From assembly GCA_020057015.1 (NCBI GenBank), contig JAGVGS010000107.1, positions 1-43,471 on the forward strand: a stretch of 43,471 nt of DNA. Direction: 5' to 3'. Every line of letters starts with the position of its first letter. The stretch's first letter is position 1. The position numbers were made by a program, and so were the translations under genes. This document shows positions 16,603 to 24,700 of the stretch, piece after piece. The stretch comes from Candidatus Omnitrophota bacterium (GTDB lineage: Bacteria > Omnitrophota > Gorgyraeia > Aquiviventales > Aquiviventaceae). The notes beneath the pieces were generated by a model. That model saw only the letters and a program-made list of their open reading frames with translations. It did not search any database and was not told where the DNA came from.

Positions 16603-17637
16603 ATGCGCCTCTCTGACCTGATAGGCAAGACCCCGCCCGACCCTTTACCTCCTAAGCGGACCGCACCCCTTCCTGAGGCTGCGGCACCGATGGCGCCACC
16701 ACCAGCGCTCAAGACTTCAGCAGCCACCCCAGCGGACGTCGCCGGCACGCCCTTGGAGAGGATCTATGACGAGCTGCTGGTGTTTGTGCGACAACTGTTT
16801 GAGCAAGCGCGCGCTGGCCAGCCGTTGGACCTGAGCGCCGCTGTGCCGCTGTTGCAGCGCCTGCCTGCGCTGGATCAGGGCATGGTGGAGCTCGTCTCTG
16901 GGTTGATCAACCGCCATACGGAAGAAAACTATTTGTATAGCCACTCGGTCAATGTGGCGCTGTTGGCCTCGTATTTAGCGCAGCGGCTGAATCATGCGCC
17001 GCAGGTCGCCCAGCAGCTGGCCCTCGCCGGCTTGTTGCATGACATCGGCATGGCCGGTGCCGCAGAGCAGTTGGCGGCATCCCCCCGCAAGCTGACGAAG
17101 GAAGAATGGAAAGTCATGGCGAAGCATCCGGAGGCGTCGCTCGAGCGCCTGCAACACGCCGCCGTGCTCACGCCGGAAGCGCGCCAGGCGATCGTCTCGC
17201 ACCATGAGCGCGAGCAAGGCCGCGGGTATCCCACCGGTGAGCCGCAAGCCGCCACCCTCAATGAGTTCGGCAAGATCTTGGCGGTGTGTGATGTGTATGA
17301 CGCCGTGACCCACCCGCGCAGCTACCGCCGGCGGCAGAACCCGGCGCAGGGCATCAAGCTGCTCATCGAAGGCGCGGGGACGCAATATGACCATCGCGTC
17401 GTGCGCGCGCTCATCGGCGAGCTCTCGCTCTATCCGCCCGGCAGCATGATCAAGCTCAACACGAATGAAATCGGGCTGGTGGAGCGCATCAATTTCGACG
17501 CCCCGCTGCGTCCGGTGGTCGTCATCCACTATGATGCCGAGGGCCATGCGTTGAGCAGTCCGCGCCGGGTGGATTTGATCCATCAGCCCTTTTCATACGT
17601 GAAAGAAGTGGTCACGGACAAGGAGCCGGTGGCATGA
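16603..17637 (+). CDS. HD-GYP domain protein, second copy
   Basis: Motifs are GLLHDIGMAG, KHPEASLERL and VSHHEREQGRGYPTGE, followed by CDVYDAVTHPRSYR. Confidence 0.9.
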   Translation: MRLSDLIGKTPPDPLPPKRTAPLPEAAAPMAPPPALKTSAATPADVAGTPLERIYDELLVFVRQLFEQARAGQPLDLSAAVPLLQRLPALDQGMVELVSGLINRHTEENYLYSHSVNVALLASYLAQRLNHAPQVAQQLALAGLLHDIGMAGAAEQLAASPRKLTKEEWKVMAKHPEASLERLQHAAVLTPEARQAIVSHHEREQGRGYPTGEPQAATLNEFGKILAVCDVYDAVTHPRSYRRRQNPAQGIKLLIEGAGTQYDHRVVRALIGELSLYPPGSMIKLNTNEIGLVERINFDAPLRPVVVIHYDAEGHALSSPRRVDLIHQPFSYVKEVVTDKEPVA

Positions 17638-18725
17638 ACTGGCGCTGGTTCTTGCCCGGCGTCTTGGTGGTGGGGGTCGGCACGATGCTGGTGGATTGGC
17701 CCGGGCTGTTCAAGCGCCCGCGTGCTACGCCTGCGCCGGTGGTCGCGAGCGCCCCAGGACCACCAGGACCCGCGGCGGCCATGAGCGAGCCCGCACCAGG
17801 CGCTCAGGCGGCCGATGAGCCCACCCCAGAGGCCTGGACGCCGCGCGGCGAAGTGAGTGCTGCCCCGTTGCCTGCCGTAGTAGCGAGCCCCACCCCCCCA
17901 GCTTCCGTAGCACTCGCAGCCCCACCGCAGCTCGACCAAGCCATTCGCAAGGTGGAGCGCGTGAAGCAGCAGGTGGAGGAGCAATTCAGCGCCGTGCGCC
18001 GTGAGCGCGAGGCGCTGCGCAATGAGTTGCAAGCGCGGCGCCAGCAGGTGTTGGTGCTGGAGCGGCGCATCGCCCAGCTGAGCCAGCAGGTGCAGCAGCA
18101 AGCACAGTCGCTGCAAGCACTCGCCGCGGCCCGCGCGCAGGCTGAGCAAGGGCTGGAGGCTTCGCGCAAGCGCTTGGCGGTCTTCGAGCAAGACCCGCTC
18201 GCCAAGCAGATCAGCCGCTTGCAACAACGGGCCGATGAAGTGCCGGATCTGCAGCAAGCCCTCAAGGCACAAGAGCACACCTCGCGCCAGCTCAACCAAC
18301 AGCTGGCTCAGAGCCTGAAGCAGGTGGCCACCCTGAATGAGCGGGTCACATCTCGCGGAGCGGACCTCAGCCGCCTGGAGCGCGAGCTAAGCGCTGTGAA
18401 GTCCGAGCAATCACGGCTGAAGAAGGAAAACCGGCAGCTCACGCGGGCGGCGGAGCGCGCCGGCCGCAAGCCCTGGGAGGGTTTTGAGCGGCTCTTTGGC
18501 CAATCGCGGCACTCCGTGCATGCGGGCAAGGGGCTCTTTGCCATGGATCAGGCCTCGGTCCAGCAGGTGCTCGCCCGCGCGCGCGATCAGGTGGAGCAGC
18601 TAGCCGATGCCGTGGAAGATCGCGATCAGATCATTGCCGAGCTGCAGACCGCCTTGGCCGAGCAAGAGCGCCGTCTGGAGCAGGCCGAAGCCGTCATCGC
18701 CCTCCTCGAAGGTCGTCCTGAGTAA
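17634..18725 (+). CDS. Membrane-anchored Pro/Ala-rich, Gln-rich coiled-coil protein of unknown function
   Basis: The start overlaps the upstream stop (ATGA). N-terminal TM is WFLPGVLVVGVGTMLV, followed by a PA-rich linker. Long heptad-like stretches follow, e.g. LQARRQQVLVLERRIAQLSQQVQQQAQSLQAL. Confidence 0.55.
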   Translation: MNWRWFLPGVLVVGVGTMLVDWPGLFKRPRATPAPVVASAPGPPGPAAAMSEPAPGAQAADEPTPEAWTPRGEVSAAPLPAVVASPTPPASVALAAPPQLDQAIRKVERVKQQVEEQFSAVRREREALRNELQARRQQVLVLERRIAQLSQQVQQQAQSLQALAAARAQAEQGLEASRKRLAVFEQDPLAKQISRLQQRADEVPDLQQALKAQEHTSRQLNQQLAQSLKQVATLNERVTSRGADLSRLERELSAVKSEQSRLKKENRQLTRAAERAGRKPWEGFERLFGQSRHSVHAGKGLFAMDQASVQQVLARARDQVEQLADAVEDRDQIIAELQTALAEQERRLEQAEAVIALLEGRPE

Positions 18726-18756
18726 AGTGTCAGACACTTGAAGTGTCTGACACTTT
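18724..18756 (+). repeat. REP-like perfect palindrome, left flank of the RAYT gene
   Basis: AAAGTGTCAGACACTT G AAGTGTCTGACACTTT has 16-nt arms that are exact reverse complements. It begins inside the stop codon of the upstream gene. Confidence 0.9.
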
Positions 18757-18866
18757 CTGATAAGGTAAACGCACGTTCTGGAATTCCTCGTACGACCCAT
18801 TCCGTTTTACCCTCGCGCGAAATCCTGTGCACATGTGTAGATTTTTTCCACCGCAGCGAGGCTGCC

Positions 18867-19538
18867 ATGCCGAGGCCGTATCGTTCATGGGTGCCAGAGG
18901 GCATCTACCATTTGACGCTTCGCGGAAACAATCGTCAGACACTCTTCCTTGATGCGCAGGACTATCAGCGCTACCTTCAATTATTAGAGATCTACCGCCA
19001 GCGGCATCCTTTTCACCTGCTGGCTTACGCCTTGATGCCCAATCATGTGCATCTCCTGGTACAGGCGCTGCCGGCGGGCGCCCTTTCAGATGCCATGCGT
19101 GAGTTGGGTCCGGCCTATACACGGTACTTCAATGCGCGCTATGGGTGTGTTGGACACTTATATCAGGGACGCTTTCACAGTAGTTGGGTGAATGAGGAGG
19201 CTTACGTGCGCGAGGTTTCCCGGTACATTCATCTCAACCCTGTCCGTGCCCATCTAGCGGATGACCCCCGCGAGTATCGATGGAGCAGCTATCAGATGTA
19301 CCTAGGGCAGAGTGGACAGAGTAGCTGTGCGGTAGAAACCAGGGTTATTCTTTGCCTGTTCGGCACCGCCCTGGTCGAGCAACGCCAACACTATCGCTTG
19401 TTTGTGGAAGTATGGGCTCGCGATGCCATCCAACGGCAGAATGGGGCCTTGCGGCTGCAGCGGCTGGGTCTGGTCCCCTCGCGCCGCTGGTGGGGTGCTG
19501 CTGCTACGGTTGAAGTGTCAGACACTTCAAGTGTCTGA
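18867..19538 (+). CDS. REP-associated tyrosine transposase (RAYT; IS200/Y1 HUH family)
   Basis: ATG 18867 is an internal start of track ORF 18738. Motifs are YHLTLRGNNRQTLF, HUH motif LMPNHVHLLV, YQGRFHS and catalytic Tyr context SRYIHLNPVRAHL. The 3' end runs into the right palindrome. Confidence 0.85.
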   Translation: MPRPYRSWVPEGIYHLTLRGNNRQTLFLDAQDYQRYLQLLEIYRQRHPFHLLAYALMPNHVHLLVQALPAGALSDAMRELGPAYTRYFNARYGCVGHLYQGRFHSSWVNEEAYVREVSRYIHLNPVRAHLADDPREYRWSSYQMYLGQSGQSSCAVETRVILCLFGTALVEQRQHYRLFVEVWARDAIQRQNGALRLQRLGLVPSRRWWGAAATVEVSDTSSV

Positions 19539-19541
19539 CAC
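19512..19541 (+). repeat. REP-like palindrome, right flank of the RAYT gene
   Basis: GAAGTGTCAGACACTT C AAGTGTCTGACAC has the same arms as 18724-18756, with a different central base and a shorter outer stem. Confidence 0.85.
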
Positions 19542-19555
19542 CTTCCTTGGAGGGC

Positions 19556-19585
19556 TTGACGGGGGCCGGGGAGGTCAGGTAGGCT
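19556..19585 (+). promoter_or_regulatory. Putative sigma70-like promoter for the riboswitch leader
   Basis: TTGACG (19556-19561), an 18-nt spacer, then TAGGCT (19580-19585). The -10 is weak. The call rests mainly on the parallel with the layout at 8155 and 40135. Confidence 0.35.
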
Positions 19586-19621
19586 TTAGAAGGTACACGT
19601 TCCCTGACAATTTAGTTCGCT

Positions 19622-19694
19622 GTTCAAGGCAAACTATCCGAAAGGGTAGGACGCAAAGCCACGGGCCCTGATCGACGGGCAGCCGGGTTGCCAG
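19622..19694 (+). promoter_or_regulatory. c-di-GMP-I (GEMM-I) riboswitch aptamer
   Basis: CAAGGCAAAC, UAUCC-GAAA-GGGUA, GGACGCAAAGCC, ACGGGCCCUGAUCGACGGGCAGCCGGGUUGCC. All signature blocks are present: the GGCAAAC junction, the GNRA-capped P1b, the GACGCAAAGCC junction and the CAGCCGGGUUGCC 3' strand. Confidence 0.85.
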
Positions 19695-19703
19695 TATCCG
19701 TTG

Positions 19704-19736
19704 CGTCCTCCGAAGTTCGGAGGACGTTTTTGTTTG
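19704..19736 (+). terminator. Intrinsic terminator (riboswitch expression platform)
   Basis: A 9-bp GC-rich stem CGTCCTCCG/CGGAGGACG with loop AAGTT, followed by TTTTTGTTTG. Its 5' strand overlaps TTGCGTCC (19701-19708), the exact complement of the aptamer segment GGACGCAA (19649-19656). Confidence 0.8.
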
Positions 19737-19793
19737 TCCGCGTTGAGGAGTCTGGATGCCAACGGCAAGTCAATGGAAGGACGCAACGATCCC

Positions 19794-19836
19794 CCACGGG
19801 GGCTGCCGCACGCCGGCTGGCTGCCGTGGTTTTTTT
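19794..19836 (+). terminator. Second terminator-like hairpin with U7 tract inside the long leader
   Basis: CCACGG (19794-19799) pairs with CCGTGG (19824-19829), closing a GC-rich imperfect hairpin, followed by TTTTTTT (19830-19836). A second GGACGCAA copy sits just upstream at 19779-19786. Confidence 0.4.
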
Positions 19837-19846
19837 GTGCCCAGTT

Positions 19847-19941
19847 GCCGGTGCCAGGCACCGGCCTCCTCTTGCTTATGGGAAGCGCCCTCGCGTGCAG
19901 CCCTTGTGAACAGGGGTGCCAGGCACCGGATGCCTGGCACC
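19847..19941 (+). repeat. Cluster of GGTGCCAGGCACCGG repeats and hairpins upstream of the operon start
   Basis: The 15-nt direct repeat GGTGCCAGGCACCGG occurs at 19850-19864 and 19915-19929. The second copy forms a perfect 11-bp hairpin: GGTGCCAGGCA (19915-19925), loop CCGGA, TGCCTGGCACC (19931-19941). The first copy lies in hairpin GCCGGTG-CCAGG-CACCGGC (19847-19865). Confidence 0.6.
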
Positions 19942-19966
19942 AGCCCTGCAGGAGCTTAACGCCACG

Positions 19967-21217
19967 ATGCCTAGGCCGTTGCGCGTAGACATGCCAGGGG
20001 CCCTTTACTATGTCACCTCGAAAGCGATGGAGGGCGTGACTCTCTTTCAGACCCCGGAAGATTATCAAGCCTATCTCGCACTCCTGCACGAGGGCCAGGC
20101 CCGGCATGGCGTCAAGCTCTTCGCTTATGTGTTACTGCCGGATCAACTGCACCTTTGCTTTGAGCTGCCCCAGGGGACGGCCATCTCTACCGTGATGCAT
20201 GCGCTGAACACCCGCTACACCAAATACGTGGCGCGGCGCGATGGGCGCTCCGGGCATGTGTTTCAGCAGCGCTTTCGGCTGACCCTCATTGAGAAAGCCC
20301 CGCATCTGCTTGATACGGTGGCGGGCTTGCACCGGCTGCCGCAACGACTGGGCTTAAGCGACCACGCGCTGAGTTATGCGTGGAGCAACATTGGCGAGTA
20401 CTGCGGCGAGGCGCAGACGCGCCGGCCGGAAGTGCAGGAAGTGCTTGCCCTGTTGCAGGCCGCGGCCCAGGGTATGGACTATTGCGCGTATGTTCAAGCG
20501 CTGCCGGCCAATGTGCTGGAAGCGTTTGATGCGCATCGCCAGCAGCATGTGGTGGGCTCTGAGGCGTTCGTCGCCCGTGTGCGCGCTGAACAGCGTAAGG
20601 CCGCAGTGGCACCTGAGATGGCGGCGATGGCGGCACCCGCGACCCCGATCGCGGCACCAGCTGCCGTGACGACCACTCCTGGGCGGGTGCGGCGCTGGCA
20701 ACCGGCCCTCGTGGGCGCGCTGGCGGTGAGCTTGATGACCGTGAGCACGGCGGGTGTCATCGCCAAGAAGAAGGGCAGTGACAAGCGCAAGCGGCCTGCC
20801 CCCACGGCCTACGCCGAAGCGCCAGGCACAGGCACCGCGAGCTTGGCGACTTATGCGCCGGCGGTGACGCTGGCAGGCAGCGAGTGGGCGCTGCAGATCA
20901 AGCCGATGTATGTCAACGGGGCTGCCCCCATCCAGCAGGACGAGCTGCACTTTGACCTCAAGCAAGTCAGCTCCGCGCTCTTACAAGCGCAGGGCTTTAC
21001 CCCCTCGAACTATTCGCTGACCAGCGATGCCAATGGCGTGGTGTTGTGGGAGACGATGCAGACCGGGCCTCGCGATGAGGTGATCTGCTGGCGCGGCGAG
21101 TGGGACGGTGAGGTGATGCGGGGCGTGATGACCCGCCAAGCGCCAGGCCAGGTCGCCAGCAACTACGCCTTCGTCGGCACGAAGCAGGTAGGCCAGGGCA
21201 CAAGGAGCGAGACGTGA
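19967..21217 (+). CDS. Membrane protein with degenerate Y1/RAYT-like N-terminal domain and unknown extracytoplasmic C-terminal domain
   Basis: ATG 19967 is preceded by GGAG 12 nt upstream. The N-terminus aligns by eye with the neighbouring RAYT (ALYYVTSKAMEGVTLF, FAYVLLPDQLHLCF, GHVFQQRF). The HUH motif is degraded from NHVHLL to DQLHLC. The Tyr motif is changed from YIHLNP to GLHRLP. One TM segment is PALVGALAVSLMTVSTAGVIA. Confidence 0.65.
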   Translation: MPRPLRVDMPGALYYVTSKAMEGVTLFQTPEDYQAYLALLHEGQARHGVKLFAYVLLPDQLHLCFELPQGTAISTVMHALNTRYTKYVARRDGRSGHVFQQRFRLTLIEKAPHLLDTVAGLHRLPQRLGLSDHALSYAWSNIGEYCGEAQTRRPEVQEVLALLQAAAQGMDYCAYVQALPANVLEAFDAHRQQHVVGSEAFVARVRAEQRKAAVAPEMAAMAAPATPIAAPAAVTTTPGRVRRWQPALVGALAVSLMTVSTAGVIAKKKGSDKRKRPAPTAYAEAPGTGTASLATYAPAVTLAGSEWALQIKPMYVNGAAPIQQDELHFDLKQVSSALLQAQGFTPSNYSLTSDANGVVLWETMQTGPRDEVICWRGEWDGEVMRGVMTRQAPGQVASNYAFVGTKQVGQGTRSET

Positions 21218-21738
21218 TGAAACGAATCCTAGCGGTGGCGGCCATCCTCTGTTGCGGCGCTCTGGCGCAGGCGGCCGAGACGCCGGTAACGTCCAAGAAG
21301 GCTGCGCCCAAACGGGCCACGGCCGATGATCTGGCAGCGACGCTCTCGAACAAGCCCGGCACATCGGCCAGCGGTCAGGCCAAGGCCACGGCGGTCGATG
21401 CAGGCACCGCTGCGCTGGCGGATGCCAAGATCGAGCGGCGCATCGTGGAAGGACACATCAGCACCGTGACCAAGCGCGCGATCAACGTGGAGTACGAGAC
21501 GAAAGGCAGTGAATCCTTCGAAATGATGCTGCCGCTCGCTGCCCAAGTGAAAGTGGAAGGCGCGGCGGCGCTGGCTGATCTCAAACGGGGCGACCGGGTC
21601 AAAGTCGGCATTGAACAAACGTACCGGCAGAGCGACAAGGGCGAACGGGTGATTCTAAAGACCGAGGCGTTGGTCGTTGCCCTGGTGCAGCGCGCACCCG
21701 AAACTTTGACGACGAGCGAGGAAGTCACCACACCGTAA
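21217..21738 (+). CDS. Small secreted protein of unknown function
   Basis: Start is ATG 21217 or GTG 21214, overlapping the upstream stop, with AAGGAG at 21202-21207. Signal peptide is MKRILAVAAILCCGALAQA/AE. No recognisable motif is present. Confidence 0.6.
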   Translation: MKRILAVAAILCCGALAQAAETPVTSKKAAPKRATADDLAATLSNKPGTSASGQAKATAVDAGTAALADAKIERRIVEGHISTVTKRAINVEYETKGSESFEMMLPLAAQVKVEGAAALADLKRGDRVKVGIEQTYRQSDKGERVILKTEALVVALVQRAPETLTTSEEVTTP

Positions 21739-21739
21739 C

Positions 21740-24700
21740 ATGACACCAGCGAACCGGAGAGGGGGTGAGCAGTCTATGGGAGCCACTTCGTGGCGCAGTT
21801 GGCGGGTAATCGCCGCCGGGGTCCTCGGCATTTTGACGGCCGGACTGCTCGCTTTCCCGCAGCCGGCCGAGGCGTTTCAGGTCAAGCGCGTGCTGCGCAA
21901 TACCACGGCCTTTCAGTTGCTGAATGGGGAAGAGGTCAAGACCTATGATCTGACGTCTCAGCTCGGCGGCGTGCCGCTGGACATGACTAAATGCTTTATC
22001 GTGGCCAGCACTTTCCCAAGTTCGGGCTTCAACACGCAAACAGACGCCTTTATCGCTATCGATGATCCATCCACCATCATGGCGGCCCGCCGCACGGGTA
22101 CGGCCCAGGTGGATATTCAGTTCATGGTCATTGAGTTTGTAGACGGCGTGTCGGTTCAATCGGGGCTGACGGTCATCTCTGAAACTGCGCTTACCAAGAA
22201 TATCGTACTTCCGGCCAGTGTTGATTTGGCAAAGTCCTTCGCGCTGATTACTTGGCGCTCCTTCAACCATAACACTCAGGCTACGCATGATGACAAGAAT
22301 CTTTATAGCGCCGACCTGACCGCGGTCAACAACTTGCGATTGCAGCGCAGCGACCAGGCCGGCACTTTCCTCAACGATGTGTATTACCAGGTGGTGTCTT
22401 TTGATGAGGACGTGACCGTCACGAAAGGTACGGTGGATATCGACGCGGTACAGGATGCCGGCGAGACATCTGACAACGGCACGGCTATGGTCGCCACCAT
22501 CAACCCGGCGCTCACCTCGGTAAATGACGCCATGATGTTCTTTACCATTCGGCCCTCCGCGGCGGTCAATGGGGTGGATCAACAATACAAAGTTGATGGT
22601 TATATCAACGCAACCAACGCCATCACATTTACGCGCAATAACAATACTAACAGCGTCTCCATTGTGTATTACTTGCTCAATTTCAGCAATGAGATGTACG
22701 TCCAGCATGCACGTAACACCGCAACCTTGCCCAACGGCACTGCCAGCGGCACGTTCAATTTGCCTACTGTTACAACGCTGGCCCGCACGTTCGGCACCTT
22801 CAGCTCCTCCGGGCCGGGCACTGCGGGCAACGCAGATAACCCCAGCCTCTATGTGACCGGGGCACTGGCATCGGTGGCTGGGCCTCAGACGCAGGTGACC
22901 TTGGCCCGCTCCGGTACGTCCGGAGCTACAGCGGTTAGCTACATGGCGCCTGAATTGCCGCCTGTCAATGTGACCGCACCCGATACCGCCAGTATTATCT
23001 GGAAAGTCGGCGAGGCGCGTACGATTACCTGGAAGCATGCCGATGATGTGGCGGCCAACACCGCGGCCATTGATCTGTCGGTTAACGGCGGCAGCGCCTG
23101 GTTAGGCACATCGATTACGTGTGATGAGGGCGCGCGCACCATGGCCAGCGATGTCTGCACGTGGACGATTCCGGATTCGCTCGGCGGCACCAGTGTGATC
23201 GGCAATAACTTGCGGATCCGAGTGCGGGATACGGTCCTCGCGGCCCGCAACTTTGACCCGACCGATGTGTCATTTGAAATCATCGGCTCGATTACCGTGA
23301 CGGCCCCCAATGGGAGTGAAGTGTGGTACGTCGGGGACACGAATCGGAACATCACATGGACGAACACCGGCAACCACACCACTGACAAGGTCAACATCTA
23401 TCTCTCGGAAAACGGCGGCAGCACCTACCCCACCGCGATTGTGACGGGAGGCAGTGCTCCTACGGTTGAATCGGGCACCTATGCGTGGAACCCGATGCCG
23501 GACAAAATCGGTACCGATCGTCGCGTGCGGGTTGAATCTCAGAATGATCCGGCCCCCATCGATGTCTTTGACACCTCGAATGCGAACTTTGAAATCCGAG
23601 GTAGCGTGACCGTGACCTACCCGAATGGGGCGGAAACGCTGGAGACACAGAAGGCTTATAACATCACGTGGAATAAGACCGGCACGTTTGCGCCGAATAA
23701 TGAAGTGAATATTTACTACTCCAAGAACAGCGGTGGGCAGTATCCCACCACGCTTGTCACGAACCAGGCAGCCGGCGCCTCGAGCGGCTCCTACTCCTGG
23801 ACCCCGGTGGCGGGGGATGTCAGCGATTTTGCGCGCGTGAAGGTGACGCAACGCGATAACTCCAATGTGACGGATGAATCGAACGCGGACTTCTTGGTCA
23901 AGCCCTCCATTGTGGTGAGCTATCCGAACGGGGGCGAGAACCTGGTGGTCGGCACGCCGACTAATGTGACCTGGACCACGAATGGGGCAGGCTTAGCCAA
24001 CGTCAAAATTGAGTATTCCATCAATGGCGGGGGTGCGTATAGCCCGATTATCGAGAATGACAACATTGCTGATGATGGGATTGTGACCAACAACGGCACG
24101 CGCTCGTGGGATGTGCCGGATGTCATTGGCGGCAATGTGCTGATCAAGATCAGCAATCCCTCGATATCGGCCATTAACGACGTATCGGATGCGATCTTCC
24201 GGGTGAAGGGGCAAACCAAGGTGTTGATTCCGAATGGGACCGAGCTGTGGCCGGTGGGCGGCTCACGCAACATTCAATGGAGCAATGTGGGTACGTTCAC
24301 CAGCAACGTGGACATTCGCTTTTCCACCAATGGCGGGGCAGATGGCTATCCGGGCGGGAACACGATTGTGGCGGGTCACACCAACACCGGGGCCAGCGGC
24401 AGCTACACCTGGAATCCGGTGGTGGACATTGCCGGGGGCTACAACAACGCGATGCGGATTAAAGTGCTGCCCGTGGATTCGGTGAACGTGGCCGAGGATA
24501 CGTCTGATGCCAGTTTTACCATCCATGGCACCTTGACCCTGGCAGCCCCCAATGGCGGCCAGACGTGGGTGTACGGCGGGGCGGCGCAGAACATCACCTG
24601 GACCAAGACCGGTGCGATCGGCAACGTGGAACTGCGCTACTCGACCAATAGCGGCGGGGGTTTCGGCTCGCCGTTTGCGACCGGCTTAAACCCGACGGCC

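Noticed and set aside
19935-19950. Sigma54-like -24/-12 element TGGCAC-N5-CTGCA just upstream of the first operon gene.
   Set aside because: The predicted start would fall about 7 nt before the ATG, downstream of the GGAG ribosome-binding site. The TGGCAC is simply part of the GGTGCCAGGCACC inverted repeat. No enhancer-binding protein gene is nearby.
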